Shown: positions 35,396-47,583 of the stretch, piece by piece
Numbering within the stretch: position 1 is the stretch's first letter
Layout of the letters: every line of letters begins with the position of its first letter
Origin: Tubiluchus corallicola
Taxonomy: Eukaryota; Animalia; Priapulida
DNA: 47,583 nucleotides
Assembly (NCBI GenBank): GCA_030141605.1
Contig: JAQGDQ010002426.1
Location: forward strand, 1-47,583
Reading direction: 5' to 3'
Position numbers and translations under genes: made by a program
The notes under the pieces: model-generated
Database searches by the model: none
What the model was told of the DNA's origin: nothing
Seen by the model: the letters and a program-made list of their open reading frames with translations, nothing else

Positions 35396-38300
35396 TTTTT
35401 ATTCTTATTATAACCTTTTGTGTGTTAAATTTTTTGCTGAAAGTTAAACAACACTGTGACTATATCTATATTGGGTTGCGTGACCGCTTTTTGTAACTGA
35501 TTTTTAACTGTTATACATGCTATCCAGTTTGTGTTTTTTTAGATTCACCTGTAGCTTGAAACAACATCTTGTCATTGAGTAAAAATAATACTGTTCAACT
35601 AAGAAAATTGTGAGCTGTTTTATTCACGAGTCTAAGCAAATGCACATCACTTAAGAAGGGTGTGGCAAGAGAAATTACAACGGCAAAAACAAACAAGAGA
35701 AGAAAAACGGAAGGAAACAGAATACGTACTGAGTAAGAAGGGTGTGGCAAGAGAAATTACAACGGCAAAAACAAACAAGAGAAGAAAAACGGAAGGAAAC
35801 AGAATACGTACTGAGTAGGAAGGGTGTGGCAAGAGAAATTACAACGGCAAAAACAAACAAGAGAAGAAAAACGGAAGGAAACAGAATACGTACTGAGTAG
35901 GAAGGGTGTGGCAAGAGAAATTACAACGGCAAAAACAAACAAGAGAAGAAAGATGGAAGGAAACAGAATACGTACTGAGTAGGAAGGGTGTGGCAAGAGA
36001 AATTACAACGGCAAAAACAAACAAGAGAAGAAAAACGGAAGGAAACAGAATACGTACTGAGTAGGAAGGGTGTGGCAAGAGAAATTACAACGGCAAAAAC
36101 AAACAAGAGAAGAAAGATGGAAGGAAACAGAATACGTACTGAGTAGGAAGGGTGTGGCAAGAGAAATTACAACGGCAAAAACAAACAAGAGAAGAAAGAT
36201 GGAAGGAAACAGAATACGTACTGAGTAGGAAGGGTGTGGCAAGAGAAATTACAACGGCAAAAACAAACAAGAGAAGAAAGATGGAAGGAAACAGAATACG
36301 TACTGAGTAGGAAGGGTGTGGCAAGAGAAATTACAACGGCAAAAACAAACAAGAGAAGAAAGATGGAAGGAAACAGAATACGTACTGAGTAGGAAGGGTG
36401 TGGCAAGAGAAATTACAACGGCAAAAACAAACAAGAGAAGAAAAACGGAAGGAAACAGAATACGTACTGAGTAAGAAGGGTGTGGCAAGAGAAATTACAA
36501 CGGCAAAAACAAACAAGAGAAGAAAAACGGAAGGAAACAGAATACGTACTGAGTAGGAAGGGTGTGGCAAGAGAAATTACAACGGCAAAAACAAACAAGA
36601 GAAGAAAAACGGAAGGAAACAGAATACGTACTGAGTAGGAAGGGTGTGGCAAGAGAAATTACAACGGCAAAAACAAACAAGAGAAGAAAGATGGAAGGAA
36701 ACAGAATACGTACTGAGTAGGAAGGGTGTGGCAAGAGAAATTACAACGGCAAAAACAAACAAGAGAAGAAAAACGGAAGGAAACAGAATACGTACTGAGT
36801 AGGAAGGGTGTGGCAAGAGAAATTACAACGGCAAAAACAAACAAGAGAAGAAAAACGGAAGGAAACAGAATACGTACTGAGTAGGAAGGGTGTGGCAAGA
36901 GAAATTACAACGGCAAAAACAAACAAGAGAAGAAAGATGGAAGGAAACAGAATACGTACTGAGTAGGAAGGGTGTGGCAAGAGAAATTACAACGGCAAAA
37001 ACAAACAAGAGAAGAAAGATGGAAGGAAACAGAATACGTACTGAGTAGGAAGGGTGTGGCAAGAGAAATTACAACGGCAAAAACAAACAAGAGAAGAAAG
37101 ATGGAAGGAAACAGAATACGTACTGAGTAGGAAGGGTGTGGCAAGAGAAATTACAACGGCAAAAACAAACAAGAGAAGAAAAACGGAAGGAAACAGAATA
37201 CGTACTGAGTAGGAAGGGTGTGGCAAGAGAAATTACAACGGCAAAAACAAACAAGAGAAGAAAGATGGAAGGAAACAGAATACGTACTGAGTAGGAAGGG
37301 TGTGGCAAGAGAAATTACAACGGCAAAAACAAACAAGAGAAGAAAGATGGAAGGAAACAGAATACGTACTGAGTAGGAAGGGTGTGGCAAGAGAAATTAC
37401 AACGGCAAAAACAAACAAGAGAAGAAAGATGGAAGGAAACAGAATACGTACTGAGTAGGAAGGGTGTGGCAAGAGAAATTACAACGGCAAAAACAAACAA
37501 GAGAAGAAAAACGGAAGGAAACAGAATACGTACTGAGTAGGAAGGGTGTGGCAAGAGAAATTACAACGGCAAAAACAAACAAGAGAAGAAAAACGGAAGG
37601 AAACAGAATACGTACTGAGTAGGAAGGGTGTGGCAAGAGAAATTACAACGGCAAAAACAAACAAGAGAAGAAAAACGGAAGGAAACAGAATACGTACTGA
37701 GTAGGAAGGGTGTGGCAAGAGAAATTACAACGGCAAAAACAAACAAGAGAAGAAAAACGGAAGGAAACAGAATACGTACTGAGTAGGAAGGGTGTGGCAA
37801 GAGAAATTACAACGGCAAAAACAAACAAGAGAAGAAAAACGGAAGGAAACAGAATACGTACTGAGTAGGAAGGGTGTGGCAAGAGAAATTACAACGGCAA
37901 AAACAAACAAGAGAAGAAAGATGGAAGGAAACAGAATACGTACTGAGTAGTATCGGCTGAGTCACAAATATCAACATTTGCCGCATCCTTCATGAAACTG
38001 GCAACATTGTTAAACTTATCCATAGCAACTATCTGAAAGATTATTAACAATCAATTGAACCTCGACTGAAAATAATAATAATAATAATAATAATAAACAG
38101 GAATAATAAACAAATAATTGTGGAAGAGCCATCTACTGGATATAAACACAACTTCAACGTATTCTTGCAAAGTCCGTAGCAACCAACATTTGTCCGGTTG
38201 CTAAGTGTTTTGTAGAAATGCGACAAAAACAATGGCTGACTTTAACAGTGGTTTTCTCAAGGTTATGTTTTTCAGTGTATAGCCTGCACCTCAACTTCAA

Positions 38301-41300
38301 CGTGGATTATCTCAGCTTAGAAATAACATAGAGCAATGAACTTGGTGTCAAAATGATCCTCATGAAATGGAGATTCAGGATAACTGAATAACTAGAAAAA
38401 CTTTAACTGCTTAATTATAGACGATTTTGCTATACAAGCACACATTTTATGTTATTTAGTACGATTCGCCTACTTTGATAAACTTACGTGTTTTGTACTT
38501 AAGAAATTTCTCTTACAGAATATAACTTCATGTGGAATGTATTATTTACAAAAAAGTTATAAGGTCAATAAACGATGTATATATATAGTGTTCCCTCGCT
38601 ACTTCGCGGTTCGTTTATCACAGACTCGTTGTTTCGCGGGTTTTTGCACATGCGTAGTACGTATCGTACAGTAATGTATAGATTTGATGAATTTTGCATA
38701 AAAAATCACAAAATGTATAAAAATATATAAAATATATTAATTCTAACATGAAAACAATATTATAAATCATAAAAAATTTCCATTTACAGCAAATAGTGTA
38801 TTTATTCGGTAGATGAATACACACCAAAAATGAAATGTAGTACTTGCGCCCGCTGGAGATGCTACTCGTCGACGTGAGATTGTACACAACACACGATTGG
38901 TTGATTGTGAACATTTTTATGAAAATTTAAGTAAAGTTTTTTTAAAGGTACATGTACAGTATGGGAAAAGTTATTAAGGGAATGGGAAAGGGTTATGTAT
39001 AAGAGTGTGGGGAGGGTTTATAAAGACTTAAAATAATGTACAACTACTAAAATCAGTATAGCGTCCCTAGCTCGCGGAAATTCACTTATTGCGGGTGGGC
39101 CTGGAACGGAAGTGAGGGAACACTGTATATTAAATGACTTACCTTAGTTTCTGCAGTCAGTTCAGAGTCAACAATTGTAGCCTGGTTTAACATATCAGAT
39201 GTCTGTTTCACAATACCAATGTTAATCAATGGTATCTGCACAATAGAATTCACCAAGGAAGCTCTTACCTACACAAATCAATCAATCAAACGAAATAGAA
39301 CACTAATACTCGCTAACAGTAACGAGGTAATAACTAATAATATTACTTAACAATATTACAATATATTAGTACTAAAATTAAATGAATCAGAATTTTTCTC
39401 CCAACGATAATACTGCTGCTACACTGGCCTACAAATTTCTGAATAGAGATACTCGTGACGTTAGTTATAGTAGCAGTTGGCAGTATCGCTTCGCCCAGTT
39501 AAAGATTAAGTACTCAAAATCATAAAGTCAAAAGAAATTTAAATAAATGCACCGAATTAAGCAAACTACATAGTTATTACAAGTGCGTAATATAGTTCAG
39601 ATATAGTAAAGCTTCTCCCACAAAAGCGTCCTCTTTAAAGAGAGAAAGGATGGTAGCATTATTTATCAAAGTAGCAAGAGAAGCATTTCTTACAGGAAAA
39701 CCTGATCCAATCTTAACCCTTTCACTACAGAGGGCAGCACACTGCTGACTACTTTTTTCTTGTAAGGGATGGAAAGCGGTAGACTGTCGCCCAAGCTCAG
39801 CACCAAGCGCAGTCACCCTGGTCTGTTTATTTCACTGCTACGGCCATGTAAAACATTGTAGAAAAGTTTAACAGCCGTGGGATTGAGGTTGCTTTGCAAC
39901 AAGTAACTCTAACCAGCCAATCAGAATCTGAAGCCAGGTGCATTCCACAAAACTGTACTGTATGGTACGTTCCCATGCAAAATCACTTGTAGATCATTGG
40001 TGAAACGTATGTTTAGTTTGATTACTCTGCATTCTTATAAAATGATTGTATATTATGGATTAGTATTGTTTTTTTGTGAAAACTGGTTTCTAAATATAAG
40101 TACATGCTTATTTATGATTGTGTGCATGTGTGTGTGTGTGTGTGTTTGCTCATATCTGCGTGCATGTGTACGAATAAAACTAATATTGAACATTCAATAA
40201 CAAATGGCTATTTGTTTATTTGCAAGATTCTGGTTTAGTAACACACCACAAGAAGTTATTGGCAAATGTGCAAAAGCCAACACCACCCTGTTAAAAACAA
40301 CTATGTAGTGAAAGGGTTAAACTATAGCTCAAAACAATGTATCCTGTAGAACATTCGCTGGGAACATACTAACATGATTTACATGAAATAATTACCACAG
40401 AAACGCAATTTTCACGTTCGTGCAGCCGGTTCTTTGCTGTTACACGCATTTCGCCGTGTAAAAAAACAGGCGCTGTACATCACAGATCAAAAGTGTTCAT
40501 TTGTGATATAGTGCGCACTTTCGAGAGCTCACGCGTGAGCACAGCTTTAAAAAGTGAGATTAGAGTTTTAAACTTAAAATTTGCCTTAAAGTTAAAAAGT
40601 TTGTGTATATCACACTGAGTGTTGTACAGTAGCAACGTATTTAAATTTTTGCTTCAACCTGCTTGTGCAATTCTCGTGCTGCTGAAAATAATGTTCAGTT
40701 GTGATGTATCACCCCTGGTTATACACACCCGCTATTAATTAAGTTATAACTATGAATTTATTTCACACATCAAAAAATACAATATCAGACACATTAATAA
40801 ACTTTAAATAAAATAATTTGAGTAGTGCGAAGTGAGTGTACGACCATACGGTCATTAACACACTCACCTTACTTAAATGAAAAAATGATTATAGTTATGC
40901 ATGCTTCTGTAGATAACTTAATGTGAATAAGGATGAAGTAACTGATGTAATAATTTGAGTAGTGCGAGGTGAGTGTACGACCATATGGATATTAACACAC
41001 TCACCTCACTTAAATGAAAAAATGATTATAATTATGCATGCTTCTGTAGATAACTTAATGTAAATAAAGATTAAGTAAATGATGTAATAATAGCAATGGT
41101 ATAACAGCAATAAACCTGAAAGTTGAGAAAGGAAAACATAATATGTAATTACGACTTTGAGTGAGCCTTAAAGAGTGAAAATTTTTTAGATAGTTACGAA
41201 TATGAATTATGTAATTATCTGTCAATGCACCACTTACTTGTATATAAAAGCTACTTGTATTTAAGCTACTATTTAATTAGTAAAAACGCTTTGGCGTATT

Positions 41301-43594
41301 TTACAGGTATTAAACAGGGATGAGAATTACAAATTGCAAAAAAACTCTGAAACAGGCCGTAGGCAGCAACAAATTACAATTTTGTGACCATAGCGAGCCT
41401 CTAAGTGAACTTAAAATATCAGTTACATTGTTTCATGCATAATTTAAAATACCCAACTATCAAGGAAACATGATACCTAATTGTCTCAAAAACGCCTAAG
41501 TACTGGCCGCTCCTATGCAAAAGTATATAAAAACTGTCTGCAATTGACTCAAATAACTGCACGCAATTGATTCTATATTTCTATACATAGAGATATACAC
41601 GTGGTTACACTGATGTACATGATGTAAACAAAGTGACGGCCTGCCAACTAGCGGTCAGCTTGTGAAATAATGTACTGGGTCCGTAAAAAATTTTTCAACG
41701 AATTTACGCGATTTACAAAAATGGAACTACTGGTCTTCCAAAAACTATCCGCGGGAAATTCTCATCCCTGATTAAAATCTACTCATCATGCTGTACTTCA
41801 AAAACTGATATGAAAAATCAACCTTTCCCTTTAACACGACAATAAAAAACTAAATTTTCTTTACTTCAGATTTGAGATCATATAAATGTTGTTGATTCTC
41901 TGCAGCCTCTTTAGGAGTAGCATCCTCATCTTTCATCTCGTTCAGCGCACTCGAAGCCACATTAACTATCTGAGATAAACCTAAGAATAAACACATCAAT
42001 TTTACAAACAAAATGCTGTGAACACGCCATTAGTCATTCAGGAGAGACAAACAGAAATGATTTGCTAGAGGCGTGTTAACCAATAGGCTAGCTAGGCTAT
42101 AGAATAGGGCACCAAAGTTTGAAGTGTCACATTTCAGCCACCCAATTTTAAAAAGGAATCTTGTTGCCCTCCGAAAATGTGTATCCGTTCATATTAACGC
42201 AAGACAAGCGTTGTATAACACAGCACCATTTGCTACATAAGAGCATATAACGAACAAATACAAAGTAACACACAACAAGTAGTTGCCGAGCCTCCTGATA
42301 TAAATGCAGTTCATACACAGGTAATTAAAGGTGTGTGTAATTAAAAGTGTCTATGTAGAAACAATGTTAATAGCTTTACTAATACACCACAAGTAATTGT
42401 TCAATTTGCTCAGTATATAACCAATCATAAATTCACAATATAGTTGGGTAGGACAGACCTATCAGCCTAGGGCATCGTGAAAACTTGATAAGCCTGTTAA
42501 TATAGTAGTTGTCACTTAATAATAATAAAACTGGTTATAATAATATTAATAAGGGACAATACGAGCAGCCATATTTTAGAACCATTCCATGGCCCGGAAT
42601 TACTCCCACACAAACTATTGTTAAGAAAATTTGGTTAATTCCTTCAGGACCACACCATTCAAAATAAGACCTACGAGTTTTCTGCTACTGTATGAGCACA
42701 GACATGACTAAATGATTACAAATTAGTTACTGTTCTATTTAGGAGAATCTTGGCTATCCAATCATGCTATTTGTTTGAACATATAGTCATGTAATGGTGT
42801 CGCGGGAGATTTAAAACTAAAACAAACAAAAATTCCTTTGAATGCAAGATTGGTATATAGTTAGACGCAGCCATTTTGGCAATAAGTCATTTGATATAAG
42901 TTTAGGTAACATTGTGTGGACTTTGAAAAAATAATCAGAGCATTCGTAGGGCACAAGCCACTAACTAAATAAAATTTAAAATTACTGTAGCTTGTCAATA
43001 AGCTAAAAATTAACGTTTTTGGTTAGTGAGTGGCGCACCCTGGAAGGTGAGTCAACGACACTTTACCAATTGCTGAAAACATTTCAAATAATTAATAATT
43101 TCCTTTTCTAGTTACATAAGTCTTTCAAGTAGGTAAGCAAAATGCTAAGTAATATAACATTGCATGGAAAGTTCTAAGGGACGTAATTTAACATTTCCTT
43201 TTCTTCCCCTGATTTACGTTGTGCATGTATGACGTCATGTAATGACGCGGTCGGAACAGTAACGCAGGAAGTTTAAAATAAAAACAAACAAAAAATCCTT
43301 GCTATGCGAGTACGATATACGCATAAATATGCTGGAAAGTAATATAATTTTTTAATAATTTTTCAAGATGCTTTTTCCAAAACCTACTTCAGGTACCCCT
43401 TTTCTTGTCCCTTAAATAAGTACAAACCAATCGTATTGTTTACCATGTACGTCTCCAGCTTTTACATACTGTTCGATTTTGCTTGGCGTGCAGGCATCAG
43501 TAGACGTGGTCATCTGTCTAACAGCTTGTAACAATGTTAGTTCCAAGTTCACTTTTTTATTGGCTTCCAATTGATCATACCCGTACGGTAAAAC
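23647..43594 (-). CDS. Polycystin-1-like gene fragment, - copy, 13 exons, with complete PLAT domain
   Basis: Mirror exons 43444-43594, 41865-41980, 39143-39268, 37944-38032, 34227-34359, 33512-33662, 32977-33074, 31865-32021, 30479-30627, 27497-28439, 27004-27148, 25390-25492, plus spacer exon 23647-23767 in the correct phase. Confidence 0.85.
23907..24045 (-). mobile_element. Possible LINE 3' end (stem-loop, AATAAA, (CTATGT)n tail)
   Basis: Minus strand agggcaggag...cctgccct stem, then aaataaatgttctatgtctatgtctatgtct. Confidence 0.4.
27497..28439 (-). CDS. Mirror of cysteine-rich exon 10
   Basis: Translation identical to 19131-20073 in the ORF track. Confidence 0.9.
35655..37950 (-). repeat. 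82-bp minisatellite, mirror copy (28 units, same variant order)
   Basis: ORF track shows the identical variant order in reverse. Confidence 0.98.
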
Positions 43595-45211
43595 CTACAC
43601 AAATAAACTGCAAATATTGGAAGGCTGCCAAGCAATGACTACATTAACCTTTTTGCTACAGATGACTACTTTCTGACGTCATATGACGTATAGTCCATTT
43701 TCGTGACATCACACGTTTAAGCAGTACTGTAACACTTATGCAAATGTACTCGACGCGCAAGGGAAGATGCCTACCATTGCACAAGCTGTGGTTAGTTTCT
43801 GATGTAAGCAATAGCTGTGTTCGGTTGCCGGTAATTAACTGTCTAAGCTAATTATTCAAATATAAGGAACAATTGTTAACTTTTATAGGCTAGAAAATGT
43901 ATATCTTTGACAGTAAATGAAAATGAGATTGAGTGTAAACGGTTGTCTGGTTTTCCTTTAACATTTTCACAACTTAATAAAAAAAAACCCAGATTATATA
44001 TACTAGGTTTATCAAAGAATTTTAAAATGTCAAGTGCTAAAATAATTCAACAAACTGTTTGATTTCTGTTTATACTCTTGTATTATTTGCATTGTAAACC
44101 AGGCTACAATTGTTGACTCTGAACTGACTGCAGAAACTAAGGTAAGTCATTTAATATACAGTGTTCCCTCACTTCCGTTCCAGGCCCACCCGCGATAAGT
44201 GAATTTCCGCGAAGTAGGGACGCTATACTTATTTTAGTAGTTATATATTATTTTAAGTAGTATAAACCCTCCCCACACTCTTATACATAACCCTTTCCCA
44301 TTCCCTTAATAACTTTTCCCATACTGTACATGTACCTTTTAAAAAACTTTACTTAAATGTTCATAAAAATGTTCACAATCAACCAATCGTGTGTTGTGTA
44401 CAATCTCACGTCGGCAAGTAGCATCTCAAGCGGGCGCAAGTACTACATTTCATTTTTGGTGTGTATTCATCCGCCGAATAAATACACTATTTACTGTAAA
44501 TGGTAATTTTTTATGATTTATAATATTGTTTTAATGTTAGAATTAATATTTTTAAATATTTTTATACATTTTGTGATTTTTTATGCAAAATTCATCAAAT
44601 CTATACATTACTGTACAATACGTACTACGCATGTGCAAAAACCCGCGAAACAAAGAATCCGCGATAAACGAACCGCAAAGTAGCAATGGAACACTATATA
44701 TATATATATACATCGTTTATTGACCTTATAACTTTTTTGTAAATAATACATTCCACATGAAGTTATATTCTGTAAGAGAAATTTCTTAAGTACAAAACAC
44801 GTAAGTTTATCAAAGTAGGCGAATCGTACTAAATAACATAAAATGTGTGCTTGAGATTAGGAATTTAGCTTCAATATTACCACTTTTTTGTAAAAGCATG
44901 CATGTTTGCTTGTTTGATTCTCACTTGGCTAAAAATCTCACTTTTATAGCTGTTCCAATAACCCCCTCACTGACTTCAAATCATAACTTCTACATTACTT
45001 ATTCGTAAGTGGGTAAATTACCAGCACATTCTTGGAACAAATCTTTAGTTCCCAGCATGTTCTCAGACAGCTGTGAGAAAGTATCATGTGCAAAAATATC
45101 CCGTAATCTCTTAATATCTCAACATGGATTTCACTGAGTTCGTTGTCAAACAAAACGAGATTTATCTGAAATAATGATTAATTGTAACCTACAGTCACAG
45201 ACTATAGTTGT

Positions 45212-45331
45212 GATTACGGCCATATGACGTTGAAAACACCAATTCTCGTCTGATCACCGTAGTTAAGCAACGTAGAGTCTGGTTAGTAGTTGGATGGGTG
45301 ACCGCCTAGGAATACCAGGTGCTGTAGGCTT
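45212..45331 (+). rRNA. 5S rRNA-derived sequence (mirror copy)
   Basis: Same sequence as 2238-2357, on the + strand. Confidence 0.9.
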
Positions 45332-47583
45332 GCGGGATGCCCACACTGCATCTCGACACTAGGCGGAGGAGCTGCACAAGCAGGTGGATCAGTGCAGCAT
45401 GCTCACTGACTCCGGCAGCTCCTGCAGCCAACCTGGTGCCAAACGTATCGCTGCGCTTTCCTTTGGACTACACCAGAGAGGAAGAGAGGGGGTTCCTCTT
45501 GTCTGGGCAATTCAGGATCTCCATACACCTTGTCCAGGCGTGCGTTCTGGAGAGTCACCGTCTGGAGAGGCCAAGGATCGGACTGCTCAGCCACAGTTGA
45601 TGCTGCAGCTCCATCAATGTTGATTAATGACTCTCTTGGCGCGTACACTCCATTGTCTTCCGAGACAGAAGGATGCCAACAACAGCAGTAACAGGGCATT
45701 GAAACTAGTTAAAGCGATTTATGCCATTCCTATGGGACGTTAATATGAAATTTACTCATCACACCGTCCGAACATTTTGCATTAAAATCGCAAAAGATAG
45801 AACCCACGTTGTTTGTGACATTATTTGCTTATTTTTAAATAATGGAAAATACAGAACAAGAACGCTGATTGCTCTACTAAATGGACTCGAGTCTGTACTG
45901 GTAAAGTGCGAATCCTTGACAAAACCGAATCCGGTACGTTAATAAGAACGAAAACAAGTCAAACCAGCCAATTAATAGAAATGAAAAAATAATGTAATGA
46001 ATCAAACAGGGCAAAGGCTACAACGAGATGTGGCGTGACATAATGGATCAGAGCAGAACAGAATAGAGTCTTTTGGTAAAGTAAATAAAACAAGACAAAT
46101 TTAAAAGAGACAACAGAGACAAGAGAGAAGAGAAGAGGAGAGGAGAAGAGATAAAATAAGATAAGAATGTTAATTTCACAATGCATAAAAACCATAATAT
46201 ACATACAAAAATGGTTTTACTTTAAATATGAATTAATTAACATAATGAGGTGAACCAAGGAGCAGGCTATCTAGCCCCAGAGCAATTATTACTCAGTAAT
46301 TTATGCAGTTTGGTCAATTCATTATATACTAGAATTGAACGAATATCTTACACTAAGCAAAACAATTGTTTAAAGAATTAATGAGCATCAAATAATTATG
46401 TTTAAATAAATATAACAAATAACAGTTATACATAGATATTTAGTAATTATATACTAGATCACGAATATTTTGATAATGGATTATATTTTATAACTTTTTT
46501 AAACTGATATTGGTTTAAATCTTCAATATTGAAAGGTGTTACAGTCCACAGATTTACAGCATTAAAAGTGTGGATAAATTTGATTAAATTTAAATTTAGT
46601 TTGTTTTAGATTTGCGTTTTGATTTTATTTAATTTGATTTGATTAGGTTTGATTCGGTTTGGTTTGGTTTAATTTGATTTGATTTGATTTGACTTGACTT
46701 GACTTGACTTGACTTGACTTGACTTGACTTGACTTGATTTGATTTGATTTGATTTGATTTGATTTGATTTGATTAAGTTTGGTTTGGTTTGAATTGATTT
46801 GATTTGATTAGATTAGATTTAATTTGATTCTTTTTGATTTATGAGTATTAATATTGTTTTGCTCTCTGTGCTCTACTTCATTAGATGTCATTAAACTCCT
46901 CCATTCTTATACAATGCATCCATTTCTTCACTGCCTCTTTTGCTTTCTCTTATATATGGTACTTGTTTTTATCACTCTGTTTAATCAATTAATTTCGTTT
47001 CGTTTCGTTTCACCTCGGCGTGAAATATAAAATAGAATCCATCATCAAAATATTCGTGATCTAGTATAAAATGACTAAATATCTATGTATAACTGTTATT
47101 TGCTATATTTGTTTAAACATAATTATTTGATGCTCATTATTTCTTTAAACAATTGTTTTGCTTAGTGTGAGATACTCGTTCAAATCTAGTATGTAATGAA
47201 TTGTTCAAACTGCATAAATTACTGAGTAATAATTGCTCTGGGGCACGAACTAGATAGCCTGCTGCTTCGTCCTCCTCATAATGTTTTCTAATTCATATTT
47301 AAAGTAAAACCATTTTTGTATGTATAATATTGTTTTTATGCATTGTGAGATTAACATTCTTATCTTGTTTTATCTCCTCTCCTCGCCTCCCCTCACCTCC
47401 CCTCCCCTCCCCTCCCCTCCCATCCCAACCCATCCCATCCCATCACATCCCATCCCATCACATCTCATCTCATCTCCTCTCCTCTCCTCTCCTCTCCCCT
47501 CCTCCCATCCCATCCCATCCCATCCCATCCCATCCCATCCCATCCCATCCCATCCCATCCCATCCCATCTCATCTCATCTCAT

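Larger units (their letters stand above)
24619..47583. repeat. Right arm of ~23-kb inverted repeat
   Basis: Starts acaagtgaatgtttaaaagac, the reverse complement of the left-arm end, and finishes ...ctcatctcat, mirroring base 1. Confidence 0.98.

Noticed and set aside
1-47583. Linear virus, Polinton/Maverick or giant transposon with long TIRs
   Set aside because: No polymerase, integrase, transposase or capsid ORFs; the arms consist of an ordinary intron-rich host gene.

Overview
AT-rich, intron-containing eukaryotic DNA, probably from an invertebrate animal (invertebrate-type 5S sequence, dense MITEs). The whole window is one giant palindrome: left arm 1-22951 and right arm 24619-47583 are near-identical reverse complements (mirror coordinate about 47570-x) around a 1667-bp unique spacer. 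By hand-splicing I recover, in each arm, a phase-consistent stop-free multi-exon fragment of a polycystin-1-like (PKD1/PKD1L/REJ family) gene. The two copies converge. The + copy has 12 exons (3976-22180). The - copy has the same 12 plus a 13th exon in the spacer (23647-23767). The architecture is unusual: end of REJ, then GAIN-like helical and beta regions, a ~217-aa insert with 33 helically spaced cysteines, then a PLAT domain with no GPS motif or transmembrane helix before it. Introns and flanks hold a 28 x 82-bp minisatellite that amplifies a 5' splice site, a GC-AG intron, a 5S-rRNA-headed SINE-like element, many MITEs, LINE remnants and smaller foldbacks. Most ORF-track entries are spurious. 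Whether the palindrome is real or an assembly/amplification artefact cannot be settled from sequence alone.
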